A stretch of 64,000 nucleotides of DNA from Naegleria gruberi (lineage: Eukaryota): NCBI GenBank assembly GCA_000004985.1, contig GG738919.1. One strand, written 5' to 3'. Shown one piece after another: positions 1 to 12,094 of this stretch (its first letter is position 1; each line of letters begins with the position of its first letter). The position numbers and the translations under genes are program-made. The notes under the pieces were generated by a model. The model was not told the origin of the DNA. It worked only from the letters and a program-made list of their open reading frames with translations, and did no database searches.

Positions 1-626
1 CATACATTGTCCATTCGAATAGAGGACACGAAGGATCCACCTATCTGAAATACATCATTGACCATTATGAAACTCTACCTGAAAATATTGTCTTTGTCCA
101 TGGCCATAGGATTGCATGGCACTGTCGAGATATGGTCACAATTTTGGAAAATTTACATTGGGGAAAGTTTGATTATGTTTCGTTGAATCCAGCTTATTTT
201 CAGGTTCTCAATTCGACCAGTAGTGATTATTTGGCTGTGTCCAAGTATTGGCCACGTCTTTTTGAGGACACACTCGGTCAAATGCCTCCTCTCATTAAGG
301 ATTGGTGTTGTGCCTCATTTCATGTGAAAGGAAAACGAATTAGGAGACATCCAAAGAGTTTCTATCTGAGATTATATGAATGGTTACAATCTGGAGAGGA
401 GGAAAATTATTGGTCGAGTAGAATTATGGAACATGTTTGGGTTTTGATGTTTGCCTCGAAAACACCTGAACCTGATGTGAATTTGTGTGACATTGCCAAT
501 TGTAGAAATATTGTGGGACATAGGGCATTTTCATTCAAGACAGTGAATGGTGAATTGAGGGAATTAAATCAATTGGAACAGAAATTGTTGTATTTACAGA
601 GGAATCCACATATTAAAGATATTTAG
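1..626 (+). CDS. Hypothetical protein, 5'-partial (reading frame open to window start; first ATG at 132; TAG stop at 624-626)
   Basis: Frame 3 is open from position 3 and continues into the listed 132..626 ORF (…STYLKYIIDHYETLPENIVFVHGHRIAWHCRDMVTILENLHW…). I recognise no domain. Confidence 0.45.
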   Translation, partial: YIVHSNRGHEGSTYLKYIIDHYETLPENIVFVHGHRIAWHCRDMVTILENLHWGKFDYVSLNPAYFQVLNSTSSDYLAVSKYWPRLFEDTLGQMPPLIKDWCCASFHVKGKRIRRHPKSFYLRLYEWLQSGEEENYWSSRIMEHVWVLMFASKTPEPDVNLCDIANCRNIVGHRAFSFKTVNGELRELNQLEQKLLYLQRNPHIKDI

Positions 627-739
627 ATCAATAACTTTTCAAGTTAGTGGAACCAAACTGAAGAACCGATGTGCAAGAGTTTACGCAGAGAAGCCCCTTC
701 TTAGTTTTATGAAAGGAATATTTTCATGATGAATAAGAT

Positions 740-811
740 TCCCGTGTAGTCCAATGGCTAGGATACCTGGCTTTCACCCAGGAGGTCCGGGTTCAATTCC
801 CGGCATGGGAG
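740..811 (+). tRNA. tRNA-Glu (anticodon TTC)
   Basis: TCCCGTGTAGTCCAATGGCTAGGATACCTGGCTTTCACCCAGGAGGTCCGGGTTCAATTCCCGGCATGGGA. The acceptor stem is 7 bp (tcccgtg/catggga) and the anticodon loop is cTTTCAc. It closely resembles canonical eukaryotic tRNA-Glu. Confidence 0.85.
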
Positions 812-1213
812 AATCATTTTACCTTTTCTAAAAATAACAATTAAAGAAATAAGTATTTTCCTTCCACCCAATTCTTTATCTGGAGTTGAAGAATACAATT
901 ATTTAAGGCTTCATTCTTAAATGTTTCATGCATTTATTAATTTGCAATTTTACACACTCTATCAAGAAATAATTAGAATAAAGCCATGGCTTGGTACAGT
1001 TTCTCAAATGCTTGCTACATAATGTTTAGATATTGCAGGCTCAGTCGCTGCACCACCTTAATAGTGAAGCAACAGTAATCCAATTTTTATGAGAATGAAA
1101 GGTTCTTAATAAAATTATTAGAAGTAAAATCGAAAACCCAAAAACGGAAGGAAGATCATACCCTTAACTTTATTGTTGTGTGAGCCTCGTGCCTTAATAT
1201 AAGTAGATGTAAC

Positions 1214-1287
1214 GCCGTCATAGCTCAGTTGGATAGAGCACAGGACTTCTAATCCTGGGGTCGTGGGTTCGAGCCCCATTGTCGGTA
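1214..1287 (+). tRNA. tRNA-Arg (anticodon TCT)
   Basis: GCCGTCATAGCTCAGTTGGATAGAGCACAGGACTTCTAATCCTGGGGTCGTGGGTTCGAGCCCCATTGTCGGTa. The anticodon stem is cagga/tcctg, the loop is cTTCTAa, and the T-arm is GTGGG-TTCGAGC-CCCAT. The acceptor stem has one U·U mismatch. Confidence 0.75.
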
Positions 1288-1486
1288 TCATATTTTTTCT
1301 TAAACACACATGGAGACATGATGTTTAAGAAAATATTGATTGACAATTTTAGCATTTATTAATACCATAAATTACATAAAAGGAAAGTCAATTAAATATA
1401 TTGGAACAAATGAATCGAACAATCTTTTGATTTGTGACTGAACGTCCCGACTATTCATCCTTTCAAAAGCTTACTCATCAAAAAAA

Positions 1487-3329
1487 ATGCACACCACAGC
1501 TGTTTTCGTTCTCTTTCTAATCCTCTCGGTAATTGTTTCGTTTAACACGCAAGGAGTTTCTTCACTCGTTACTCCAAAGCAATCCTATTTCTTGTGGCCA
1601 AACACTACCACAGGTGATGCAACAGTCTTTTTCAAGGTAAGATGATTTTTTCATTCGCTCACAAATATTATTGGAAATATTTAGGATGGCAGTTCGAAAC
1701 CAATTGTCACTTTATGGGTAGGTTACGCTGCCTATGATGATATTGCAGGAGTAAAAACAAGTATTGCCAACATTATCTCTTCAGGTTCCATTCCATACAT
1801 GTAAGTATTTAATTCAATACACTTTACAAGTTTATTAACTATTTAACACAGCCAATCTTACAGTTTTGGTGATAATGGACTTCGTGGGAATTACAATCTC
1901 TCCGTTGAATTTGATAAACAAGTTGCCATTGCCCTTGGATCAAATTTTGCCTTTGTCAACTTGGAAACTGAATGGGATGTCGAAGAAGTTTTGACACTTT
2001 TCCAAACAGCTGAAGGAACTCAATGTTTGAAAGATAGAGTCAACATGTTCAGAACCTATGCTCCTAATACTATCGTTGTGAGCTCTCCTGGATTATGGAA
2101 GTCAACCAGTAGTTATACTTTCTTTTCTTCAATTGATGCTACGTTGAATGCTCGTGCCATTTTGACACATATTGTCAATATTGGAAACACAACATGTTCT
2201 TTGAAATATGATGGTAGTTATTGGACAAGTGGAGCAAATTCATTGAGTGATGCTCTTGTTTTATTGGACGATACCATTACTTCTGATTTGCAAAAGATGA
2301 ATGATGCTTGGGGAACAGTTTCACCAATGGAATGGATTATTGCTGACTCTGGAGTGACTTCATGTGGTTGGGGAGAAAGTGGACAAGCAACAATTTTGAA
2401 TATTCTTGTGAAGGTAAGTTTACAATTTTTTTCACATTGTAATCAAAATTGATTTTCAAAAAAATTTCAATGAACAGAATCTTGATTGTTTATATAAAGG
2501 AGGTTTCAGAGGATTCATCCTACGTAACTCTGGTCCATCCCTCTCTGAACGTGCCATGGGTATCAATAACGAAGGCATGTTCACTTACACAACTTCACCT
2601 TCCTCAGTTACTGTCTTGAACACTGGATTGACAAGAGCAAGGCAATTATTTGTCAATAATCAAACACCTAATTGTGTCCAAGCTGATACTGTCTATACTG
2701 TTACCATTAATTCAAATTCTAATGCTTATTGGGCTCAGATTAGTGTCCTTCCATATTCAACCATTCAAAATGTTACCTTTACATGTTCTGGAATTAGTTC
2801 ATTGTTGGCTACCTCCGCATGGTCTAGTTCTGTCTTTGTAAAGAGTTTGTCTCCAGGGTGTCCATTGGATTCTTCCATAACTGTTACTATAAACGGAAAT
2901 GCCAAAGTGTCAATGAATTTTACAGTGGGAACAAGCGCCACTTCTGCATCATCCTCATCAAATGGAGGAAGTAGTTCTGGAAATAACACAAATACCAATA
3001 ATGGAACTGTCATTAATCCAAGCAATGGAAATAACACCAACACCAATAATGGAACTAGCTCAAATAATGGAACAGTCATTACTCCTACCACTTCCACTGT
3101 AAAACCTACCACCTCAACAGTCGTACCAAAGACTTCATCAACCAATAGTGGAAGTTCCTCATCCAACTCAACCACAAATCCAACAAGCTCAGGAAATTCC
3201 AATAGAAATGGAACTGTAATAAGCTCTGCCAATTCATTCAAGAGTTCCACTAGTGCTCTATTCACTCTCTGTCTACTCTCTTTCCTATTCTTGTTAGACT
3301 TTTCAAAGTTGATATGTGTTAACAATTAA
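1487..3329 (+). CDS. Secreted Ser/Thr/Asn-rich, GPI-anchor-like cell-surface protein. Multi-exon; approximate exons 1487..1636, 1685..1800, 1864..2413, 2499..3329.
   Basis: The ATG follows an A-run. The N-terminus is a signal peptide (MHTTAVFVLFLILSVIVSFN). Three short introns are bounded by GTAAG…TAG/CAG. A globular N-terminal domain (…FGDNGLRGNYNLSVEFDK…CGWGESGQATILNILVK) is followed by an S/T/N-rich stalk with tandem GNNTNTNNGT repeats and a C-terminal hydrophobic tail (ALFTLCLLSFLFLL). Splice sites were inferred by eye. Confidence 0.5.
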
Positions 3330-3539
3330 CAACTTTACAAAGTTAGTAAAGTTAATTGACTGAATTTTTATCAACCTCTTTTTTATTCATGAAAATGGAA
3401 ATTTCTGAGCAATTTCGAAAACAAAACAGAAATGACCTTTTATCTATAAACTTGTTGAATGCAAATTAATGAATTTATGAATCAAATAATTAAATAATTT
3501 CAACAATTTGAATAAAAATTTAAAAATTCAAAAAAAAAA

Positions 3540-4556
3540 ATGTCCAATAAACTCTTATCCAATCTTCCACCACTTCCATCACTCCGAGAAATTCTCAAAA
3601 TGTATGGCCTTCAAGCCAGTAAACAACTCTCACAAAACTTTTTATTAAATCTTCATGTAACGGATAAAATTGTGCGAGTATGTGGTGATATTTCTAATAA
3701 GACTGTGATTGAAATTGGACCTGGACCAGGTTGTTTAACCCGATCGATTCTTCAGGCTAATCCTAAACGATTAATTGTTGTTGAGAAGGATGAACGATTT
3801 ATGCCTGCTCTTCAAAATCTTCAACAAAGTGTGGATGATGGTAAAATGCATATTGTTCAAGGAGATATATTAAAAGTGGATCAATTTAAATTAGTGGATC
3901 ACTTTTTGGAGAAGGATGAAAAGGTTTTAAAGAATTCGGATGAATTGGCCAATGTAGTATTTATTGGTAATTTACCTTTCGGAATTGCAACACCATTATT
4001 GATTAATTGGTTGAAGGATTGTGCTAATGGAACTGGTGCTTTTGCATTTGGAAAGAAAATTCCGATGGTTTTAATGTTTCAAAAGGAGGTTGGATTGAGA
4101 ATGAGTGCAAAAAATTCTACAAAGGAATTTGGTAGACTTTCAGTTTCTTCACAGAGTGTGTGTGATGTTGAACACATGTTTGTAGTGAATGCCAAGAGTT
4201 TCGTACCTGCTCCTAAAGTGGATGCAAGTGTAATGAGATTGATACCAAAGACAACACCACTCATTGATAATTCACTCGTTCAATTTGAGGATTTGGAACA
4301 ATTTTGTAGAATTATTTTCAATGGTAAACGTAAACAATTGAATACTAATTTGAGTTCATACTTTTCTCCCAAGCAATGTGCTTATATTGCTGCAGGTGCA
4401 GTTGAGGGTGGTTCAAAGAATATGGATAGTGTCAATGCTGTTCTTTCACAACGTTCTCAAGACTTGACAGTTGAGGAAATTACTTCAATGGCCAGAAGAT
4501 TTGTCAGACTGCGTGAAAGTGATCCAGCTATTAAGGATTTATTAAAGAGAGCTTAA
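3540..4556 (+). CDS. TFB1M: Mitochondrial dimethyladenosine transferase / transcription factor B1 (KsgA/Dim1 family, TFB1M-like)
   Basis: LSQNFLLNLHVTDKIVR, VIEIGPGPGCLTRSIL, VVEKDERF, FIGNLPF, LMFQKEVGLRM and RLSVSSQSVCDVEHMF align block-for-block with TFB1M. The ATG follows a 10-nt A-run. Confidence 0.85.
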   Translation: MSNKLLSNLPPLPSLREILKMYGLQASKQLSQNFLLNLHVTDKIVRVCGDISNKTVIEIGPGPGCLTRSILQANPKRLIVVEKDERFMPALQNLQQSVDDGKMHIVQGDILKVDQFKLVDHFLEKDEKVLKNSDELANVVFIGNLPFGIATPLLINWLKDCANGTGAFAFGKKIPMVLMFQKEVGLRMSAKNSTKEFGRLSVSSQSVCDVEHMFVVNAKSFVPAPKVDASVMRLIPKTTPLIDNSLVQFEDLEQFCRIIFNGKRKQLNTNLSSYFSPKQCAYIAAGAVEGGSKNMDSVNAVLSQRSQDLTVEEITSMARRFVRLRESDPAIKDLLKRA

Positions 4557-4701
4557 ATTGTTTCCTTCTAAATATTGTTTCAATGAGTGCAAAAAGTTAT
4601 GAAAAAGGAAAGATTCATGATAATCTCTAGCCTTAAAATTATTGAAATATTTCACAAATTAAAAATAAATATTTATAATAGTATTATTAATATAAATTAA
4701 T

Positions 4702-5709
4702 TTATTCCTCGTCTAATCCAACTTCTGGAGTATCTTCCATGCTCAAATATTGTCTATCCAATTGATATAACCTCACATAACCGTCTTCTCCTCCAGAGGC
4801 ATATGATTTACCATCTGGTGAAAATGCCAAAAAGTGGATTGGACCAAAGTGACCTCTAACAGTTCCTATTTCTTCTTCAAAAACTTGATGGAAAAAGTGA
4901 GTATCGAAATATGTTTGCTTCTTAACAGTAGTTGTAACATCTTGAGCAGCTGTACCACCACCCAAAATTACGTGGCGTTTGATTGGTGAAATGGCAGCAG
5001 TGTTGACTGGATCAGAGTGTTTATAGACCTTAAGGAGTTCCAGTGTTTGACTTTCAAAGAGTTTAGCAGTTTTATCGGTAGAAGCAGACATGAAAAGCAT
5101 TCTATCCTTTGAGAATGACAATCTAACAACAGTATGAGTGTGTTCTCTAGTTGATCCTAATTGCTTACCACTCTCGGCATCGAATGTTCTAATAGTACCA
5201 TCATCAAATCCACAAATAATGGTCTTGTTCAAAGGTCCCCAAGCAGCAGATGTAATTTTATCCTTTTGTTCAATTTTTCTTGATGGAATTAATTTTCCAC
5301 TTCTAGATTCCGTTCCTTCTTCTGGGAGTTTAAAGATTTGAATGGATGGAGTTTGTTTGAATGAAGAGTCGGTAACGGCAAGGAATTGTTTATCACCTTC
5401 ACTGAATTGAACAACCTTTGTTGGTGTAGCAAAATCTACAGATAATAATTGAGCACCAGTTTGAACATCCCACAAGGTAACCTTCATATCAGCGGAAGCA
5501 CACAACAATCTAGTACAAGCAGCATTAACATCAATACAATTGACAGCACCGCTATGTTTAAAGGTACCAAGCAATTGTCCATTGTGAGTATACCACACTG
5601 AAACACTTTGGTCTTTTGATGATGCGAACAACAAATCGCCTTCTCTGCTATATTTTAACCAAGAAATTGGTTTCAAGTGAACGTGGAGATTCAAAGGTTT
5701 GATGGTCAT
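4702..5709 (-). CDS. EIF3I: Eukaryotic translation initiation factor 3 subunit i (WD40 repeat protein)
   Basis: It is collinear with eIF3i throughout, with blocks such as YSREGDLLFASSKD…VWY…G…LGT…H.GAV and a C-terminal …GGEDGYVRLYQLD. The ATG follows an A-run. Confidence 0.85.
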   Translation of the reverse strand: MTIKPLNLHVHLKPISWLKYSREGDLLFASSKDQSVSVWYTHNGQLLGTFKHSGAVNCIDVNAACTRLLCASADMKVTLWDVQTGAQLLSVDFATPTKVVQFSEGDKQFLAVTDSSFKQTPSIQIFKLPEEGTESRSGKLIPSRKIEQKDKITSAAWGPLNKTIICGFDDGTIRTFDAESGKQLGSTREHTHTVVRLSFSKDRMLFMSASTDKTAKLFESQTLELLKVYKHSDPVNTAAISPIKRHVILGGGTAAQDVTTTVKKQTYFDTHFFHQVFEEEIGTVRGHFGPIHFLAFSPDGKSYASGGEDGYVRLYQLDRQYLSMEDTPEVGLDEE

Positions 5710-6258
5710 TTTTTATCTTCTTCAAATTTTTAATAATAAATTAATAATTTTGAATAAATTTTATTGAATCATTTCTTCTAAAGCCTTTCTAGCTTGCTTT
5801 CTGGGAATATTCATCAACTCTGAAAAGAACAAATTGTAGGGTTGGATGTGATAAGAATAGAGTGTAAGCTTGTTTCTATATTTTGCTTTAAATCAATAAT
5901 GAAATTGAATTATTATTTGTTTTTGGATTGTATTGATGAATAAAGCGATCAAAGAAGGCAAACCTACCAGTAGCAAGACGTCATTTAGATTATCGGTACT
6001 ACCTTCCGTAATTCATCACAGCAGCTGGATTGTCATCACGAATAAACTATTATAAGAACATCTTCATAAGCTGGCTGTTGAAACCCATGATGATGTCATT
6101 GCGATTTTACCCTTAAATTTTGTTAGTTGCAAATTTTTCAATTTTTAAATTATTTAAAAAAAACAACAACACATCATCCACAAACTTTACTTGTTGGTAG
6201 TATTATCGGAGTTGTGATTTATTAAACCTGAACAGAAAAAAACTTGTACAAATAGAAG

Positions 6259-8295
6259 ATGATTGATAATTTTACAATTCTTACAAAAGGAGGATTGGTA
6301 CTTTATAGTTTTACTGGATTTGCATTGAATGGAAATCCTATCAATGAATTAATTCGATCAGTATTGTTGGAAGATCGTCTCTCCGATAAGACATTTAACT
6401 ATCAAAATGAATATTTGCTGACATGGCTTCAAGAAAATGAATTTGATCTTATTTTCGTAGTTGTTCATCAAATTGCAATTCAAATTACATTTATTGATAC
6501 TCTCTTGGAAAATATTAAAAACAAATTCACTTCAACATTTAAGAAAGTACTTCAAGATGCTAAAGGAAAAGGAAAGGGTATGTCAGTCCTCAGTGAACAC
6601 GAATTTTCCTTTGATAAGGAATTTACAAAGATTTTGAACAATCTTGAAGAAAGATCGCGAGAAGAAAAACAATTGCAAAAGGAAGGTTTGCTCATCAGAC
6701 AATATAGAAAGAAGGACGACGAAAAGAAGGATGAATCGACAAATAATGAAGAGGAAAAGAAAAAGACAACCTTTATTGAAAAGCAAATTCAAAAAGGTGA
6801 AGAAATGCTCCAAACAAGTTCACCAAAACAAATGTCCAAATATGAAAAGAAGAAGGATAAGAAAGCAGCCACACCAACCACCACCCAAATCGAAGAAAGT
6901 GATTCGGAAGAGGAGGATGATGAAGCTCAAACACCAAAATCAGCCACAGAAATGAATGAAAATGTTAAGGCCAATATTGAACAAATGAAGAAACGTTTCG
7001 GAAAATTCAAGGGAGTCAACATGGCAAAGAAGGGTTCCAAGAAGAATGTTACAGAACCATCCACTCCTGAAGATGAAAATTCCATCCCAACAGTTCAAAT
7101 GAAGGAAAAGCCAAAGAAGGTTGCCACCAACTGGGATCAATTTGATACCACCTACACTAAGAAGAAGGCCGAAAATATTGACTTTTCAAAGAAGACAAAA
7201 ACTGGTGATGAAAATGGCTCACCAGAAGATGATCTTCAACGTCACAAGGAAAAGTACATGCCAAATCCAAATCAAATGACTGATATTGATGCCGATATTT
7301 ATGATTCAAGCAGTGAAGAAGAAGAGGAAATTGATGAAAAACCAAAGAAGGGTAACATTTTCTCTACCTTCTTCTCCAATTTGACTAATGGTAGAACTCT
7401 TACAAAGGAAGATCTTGATCCTGTCATGGAAGATTTCAAACAATCACTCATGAAGAAGAACGTTGCTCAAGAAATTGCAGTTAGCATTTGTGATTCAGTC
7501 TCTGAAAATTTGGTTGGTAAAAAGTTGGGTACCTTCTCCTCCATTAAGAGTGAAGTCACTAAGGCTATGGAAGAAGCCCTCACAAGAATCTTGACTCCAA
7601 GCAGAACTATTAACATTCTCAAGGAAGCCTCAACTGTCAGAGAACAAGGCAGACCATATGTTATTGTCATGTGTGGTGTCAATGGTGTTGGTAAGAGTAC
7701 CACCTTGTCAAAGATTTGCTATTGGTTACTTCAAAAGGAATTCTCTTGTTTGATTGCTGCTTGTGATACTTTTAGATCTGGTGCTGTTGAACAACTTCAA
7801 GTCCATGCTAGATGTTTGAATGTACCAGTATTCCAAAAGGGTTATGGTAAGAATGCTGCCTCTCTTGCTAAGGAAGCTATCAACCATGCAAAGAAGAATG
7901 GTTTTGATATTGTACTTGTAGATACAGCTGGTAGAATGCAAGATAACGAACCATTGATGAAATCTCTCATTGAATTGATTCAAGTCAATACTCCAGATCT
8001 TGTCTTGTTCGTTGGTGAAGCTCTCGTTGGTAATGACGGTATTGACCAATTGCAAAAGTTCAACTCTTCACTCAAGGTTTTGGCTAGCTCTGAAAATGCT
8101 GCCACCAAGCAAACTAAGGATTTAATTGATGGTATCGTCTTGACCAAGTTTGATACTATTGATGAGAAGGTGGGAGCTGCAGTTTCAATGGTTCACAAAA
8201 CTGGTCACCCAATTGTATTTGTTGGTGTTGGTCAAACTTATACCGATTTGAGAACACTCAAGGTTGAATCAGTAGTGAAATCCCTCCTTAAATAA
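6259..8295 (+). CDS. SRPRA: Signal recognition particle receptor subunit alpha (SRalpha)
   Basis: It has an N-terminal SRX-like domain, a long K/E/D-rich charged linker, and a C-terminal SRP54-type NG GTPase domain (VIVMCGVNGVGKSTTLSKI…LVDTAGR…TKFDTIDEKVGAAVS). Confidence 0.85.
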   Translation: MIDNFTILTKGGLVLYSFTGFALNGNPINELIRSVLLEDRLSDKTFNYQNEYLLTWLQENEFDLIFVVVHQIAIQITFIDTLLENIKNKFTSTFKKVLQDAKGKGKGMSVLSEHEFSFDKEFTKILNNLEERSREEKQLQKEGLLIRQYRKKDDEKKDESTNNEEEKKKTTFIEKQIQKGEEMLQTSSPKQMSKYEKKKDKKAATPTTTQIEESDSEEEDDEAQTPKSATEMNENVKANIEQMKKRFGKFKGVNMAKKGSKKNVTEPSTPEDENSIPTVQMKEKPKKVATNWDQFDTTYTKKKAENIDFSKKTKTGDENGSPEDDLQRHKEKYMPNPNQMTDIDADIYDSSSEEEEEIDEKPKKGNIFSTFFSNLTNGRTLTKEDLDPVMEDFKQSLMKKNVAQEIAVSICDSVSENLVGKKLGTFSSIKSEVTKAMEEALTRILTPSRTINILKEASTVREQGRPYVIVMCGVNGVGKSTTLSKICYWLLQKEFSCLIAACDTFRSGAVEQLQVHARCLNVPVFQKGYGKNAASLAKEAINHAKKNGFDIVLVDTAGRMQDNEPLMKSLIELIQVNTPDLVLFVGEALVGNDGIDQLQKFNSSLKVLASSENAATKQTKDLIDGIVLTKFDTIDEKVGAAVSMVHKTGHPIVFVGVGQTYTDLRTLKVESVVKSLLK

Positions 8296-8506
8296 TGTAA
8301 ATAAAATTAGTGATGGATTGAGTTGTGCATGATTAATTGAATGAGAAACTTTCTGAAATTTTATTAATTCCAAAGAAAATGCAAGTTTACAATTTCAGAA
8401 CCTTCATGATGAACTCTCCTATTTTTATCATTTTGTTCAACTCCAAGTTGGAAAAAATATCATAACATAAAGACTCAATATCACGTCACAACCCCAATAT
8501 TTCAAG

Positions 8507-10444
8507 ATGGACATTACCGTGAAAGAATCAAAGTCTACCTGGAGCCATACCTTCCCACAATTAGACACCTCGCTGACTGTTCTCAAATTTCGTGAATTAA
8601 TTGTAGAGAATCACAACCAAGCACTTCCTTCCGATGTGTGGCTTTTATCAGAAGTAACCATCATTAACGGAGGTAAATTTCTCAAGAATGATGATGAAAC
8701 TCTTGCCGATGCTAAAGTAAAAGCAAGCGTGTTAGTCTATTTGAAAAAACAACCTGCTTCATCATCAGCAGCTAGTTCTACTTCCACAACAGCAACAACC
8801 ATCACATCAAACTCTACCTCTTCAAATACTGTAAATAATAATAGCACAACCAATAGTACTGTTGGTAATAATTCACCTCCTCCTGTACAACAACAACAAT
8901 CAATTGTCGATAAACAATTGGAACAAGCACGTCGTCTTGAAAAGATCAAGTTGGCTGCTTTGGAAATGGCTAAACGATCCAATGGTGGAGATAGTCGATA
9001 TGAACAATACCACTTTGTTTTGGAAGATCAGAATGGAAATAAGATTAGATTACCAGAATCTGAAAGAGAAGCTCTCGTGGTAGGAATGATTTTGCAACAA
9101 AAGAGTGAAGAATTTATCAAGAAGAAGCAATACAGAGAAGCATTCGATTGTTTGCAAGTAGCAGATGAAGCATTCAAAAAGTTACCAATTGAATTACTTT
9201 CCATGATTGATAATTATGCAACCTTATTGATTGATATTGTTTGGGTAATGTACAAATTAAAGGATCCAACAATGCTATTTGATGCTATTCAAAGATTGCA
9301 ATTGGCTGAAAAGATTCTCAAGGCCTCACATGGTGAAAATTTGGAAAGATTAATGACAATTCAAGGTGGCAAATTTGCACAATTCCCTCTCTATTGTAAA
9401 CTATCATTATTGAAGGGAATTATTTGTTTGGAGGTTGATGATAAGAGTTCAGCAAAAGTTTATCTCGAAAAGGCCAATCAAGATTACAAAAAATTAGTTC
9501 TCGATCCAACCCTTATTGAACAAGTTGTTGGTATGGGATTTACCTATAAGGAGGCTAGAAAGGCTTTGAAAGAATGTCAAGGAAATGTGGAAAATGCACT
9601 CACTGCAATTATTGAAAAGAGAGAACTTGCCAAGAGAAGAGAAATGGAAGAATTCGAAAGAAAACAAGATAGAAAAAAGCAACTTGCATTTGGAAACACT
9701 AAGAATGGAAAGCTTGTTGATATGAAACTCTTAAAGGCTTTGCATTCTGTATTCTCTCAATTGGATGAAGAGACTATTGCTGAGGCAATCAAGATGGCTG
9801 ACAATGATGAACTTGTTTCAACCCAACTATTGTGTGATCCACAAACTTTGGAAGAGTTAGCCTATAAGGTTGAGGAAAATATTCATCACAGATATGTAGA
9901 TTATGAACAAGTTTATAACTTGTGCATGCTGGGTTTTGAAATGCAAAGTGTTGTCTTTGCTCTCAAGAAAGCACAAGGTATGGGAAATAGAGGTAAAATT
10001 GAAGAAATTGCTGTCGACATGATTATTAATGGTAAGGCAAAACCAAAGATTCAATCCAAAGATTTGGATGATATTGCTGCTTACATTATCAAAAAGTCAA
10101 CTTCTGGAACTCTCCTCTCACAACCAGCCACTACTGGTGAAAGTGCAAGCAGTGAAGTACCAAACAGCCAAGACTCGATGCTCGATGAAGGAGAGGATGA
10201 TCAACAATTTCCACCTGAAGGTGCTAGCTCTATAAATGCTCAAGAGGACGACGAATATAGCGAGGAAGATGATGAGGATGAACAAGAACCAAACACACCA
10301 CTCGATGATGTCTTTAAGAAGAAACAAGAAATGGAAGATATCATTGATGAAGAAATTGTTGAATCATTCTACAATTCTCAACAAGACGATGACTATGCAG
10401 ATGAAATGGAAGCATTGAATTTGTATCTTTCAAAGTTAAATTAA
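8507..10444 (+). CDS. UBL plus multiple UBA domain protein (NUB1-like ubiquitin/NEDD8 shuttle factor)
   Basis: There is an N-terminal ubiquitin-like fold, UBA-type helices (LIEQVVGMGFTYKEARKALKECQGNVENAL; EQVYNLCMLGFEMQSVVFALKKAQGMGN) and an acidic C-terminus. The NUB1 assignment is tentative. Confidence 0.5.
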   Translation: MDITVKESKSTWSHTFPQLDTSLTVLKFRELIVENHNQALPSDVWLLSEVTIINGGKFLKNDDETLADAKVKASVLVYLKKQPASSSAASSTSTTATTITSNSTSSNTVNNNSTTNSTVGNNSPPPVQQQQSIVDKQLEQARRLEKIKLAALEMAKRSNGGDSRYEQYHFVLEDQNGNKIRLPESEREALVVGMILQQKSEEFIKKKQYREAFDCLQVADEAFKKLPIELLSMIDNYATLLIDIVWVMYKLKDPTMLFDAIQRLQLAEKILKASHGENLERLMTIQGGKFAQFPLYCKLSLLKGIICLEVDDKSSAKVYLEKANQDYKKLVLDPTLIEQVVGMGFTYKEARKALKECQGNVENALTAIIEKRELAKRREMEEFERKQDRKKQLAFGNTKNGKLVDMKLLKALHSVFSQLDEETIAEAIKMADNDELVSTQLLCDPQTLEELAYKVEENIHHRYVDYEQVYNLCMLGFEMQSVVFALKKAQGMGNRGKIEEIAVDMIINGKAKPKIQSKDLDDIAAYIIKKSTSGTLLSQPATTGESASSEVPNSQDSMLDEGEDDQQFPPEGASSINAQEDDEYSEEDDEDEQEPNTPLDDVFKKKQEMEDIIDEEIVESFYNSQQDDDYADEMEALNLYLSKLN

Positions 10445-10501
10445 ATAATTCTTTAAAAGTAAATCAAAATATTAATGGAAAAATAATTTGGAAAAATAGA
10501 T

Positions 10502-11944
10502 TTATTTAATTAGAACATCTGATAAAGTTGAATTATTAATTATTAATTTTAACTTTTTAAACATTTCTTTGAGTTGTTTGGTTTCGTTTTCATCTTTTTT
10601 AAAAGCAATTAAAAAGTAGCCACCTGCATAAATAGAATTAACCAGATTAAATAAATTATCATCACAATGTAATGGTTGTGGAATTTTCTTATTGTCTCCA
10701 ACAATTTTCCATTTAGATCCACATATCATAACTTGATTACTTCTAGTTAAAAAGCTTGTAAAATAAAATCCACATGAAATATCTTTAAATTTCAAGTTAT
10801 TGGATTCAACCAATTTAAATACTGGCGATGCTTGATTGGTATTTATACCTAATTCACCATTTTCATTATATCCTGCACCATATACATTTCCTAACTCTGT
10901 TAATACCATTGTATGATGTATGCCTAGTGATACTTTAATTGCCTTTTCAGGAAAATCAACTTTGGTAAATACCATTAAATTAGAATCTGATCTACCCAAT
11001 TTACCATTGTCATTTCTTCCTGCAGTCCATACTTGTCCTTCCATATCTATTATCACTGAATGAGAATATGAAAAATCTGCATCCATTACCTTGTTAAATA
11101 TTAATTCAAATTTGTATAATAATTCATTTGGTTTACCTCTATTTAAATATTATTAATCAAACAATTATAGAAATAATAAACACATACAATTCACCACTTG
11201 AATTATTACCTGCAGCATATAAATTTCTATCTTTGGTAATAATAGCACAAGTATTAAATCTAGAAATTAATCTTTCAATTTGATTTAAAGGAATATGATC
11301 TGTATTTGCTTTCACAAATGTATTTGTAGATGATGCATTACCAACACCCAATTGTCCATGATTATTAAATCCAGATCCAAGGAGAGCTAATTCTCTATTA
11401 TTATAAATATTATCAATATTACTGTCAATACTATTATCATCAGTATCATATTCAACGAGAATCATACTATGATTCCATCCACATTGTGCTTGTAATATTT
11501 TAATGTTCTTTCTTTTAATATGTTCTATTATTGGATCAGTAATATCACGTAATTCACAACTACTACCACTATTAGTTGGTACTCCTTGTTCTCCTATTAT
11601 AATATTGGATTATTATGAATATTAAATAGTTTGTGATGATTACAAAGTTTACAAAATATTAACAATATATGAATTGATAATAACATACCAGTGCCATTAT
11701 AACCTGCAGAGAATAATCGATTTTGCAAAGTTACTTTATCTTGTAATAATAAAAACAAAAAATCACCACCACAACTAATACTAATAACTTTATACTTTGA
11801 ATACTTGCTTGGATCGATGATCAAATGTGTTGAATTGGATTCCTTTAAAATTTGATAACTGGTGCTCTCACCAACTCCGAATATGATTGGATCATCGTTT
11901 GCGTAAGAAGATTCCTTTGATGATGAAGAAGTTGATCGCTTCAT
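10502..11944 (-). CDS. RCC1-repeat protein, multi-exon (at least 3 exons; ORF pieces 11597..11944, 11157..11465+, 10502..11086+)
   Basis: RCC1-type repeats are present (GRNDNGKLGRSD, YGAGYNENGELG, LGSGFNNHGQLGVGN, CGWNHSMIL). Introns are bounded by GTATGT…ATAG. The ATG follows an A-run. Confidence 0.55.
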
Positions 11945-12094
11945 TTTTTTGGTTTTGATTACAATAAAATTGTTGTGCTATTTTTAAAATACATAAAGTT
12001 CATCTGTGTGGAATAATGAGCTTGTTTGAGGTCAATTACATGAAAGATGCTTAAAAAAATGATAAGATAAATGTGTAATGTTTGAAAAAAGCAA

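Noticed and set aside
1118-1309. Minus-strand 63-aa ORF overlapping tRNA-Arg
   Set aside because: It is the reverse complement of a tRNA gene and its flanks and has no coding features.
6080-6115. snoRNA-like C-box (ATGATGA) in the eIF3i/SRalpha intergenic region
   Set aside because: No matching D-box (CTGA) or terminal stem lies within plausible distance on either strand.
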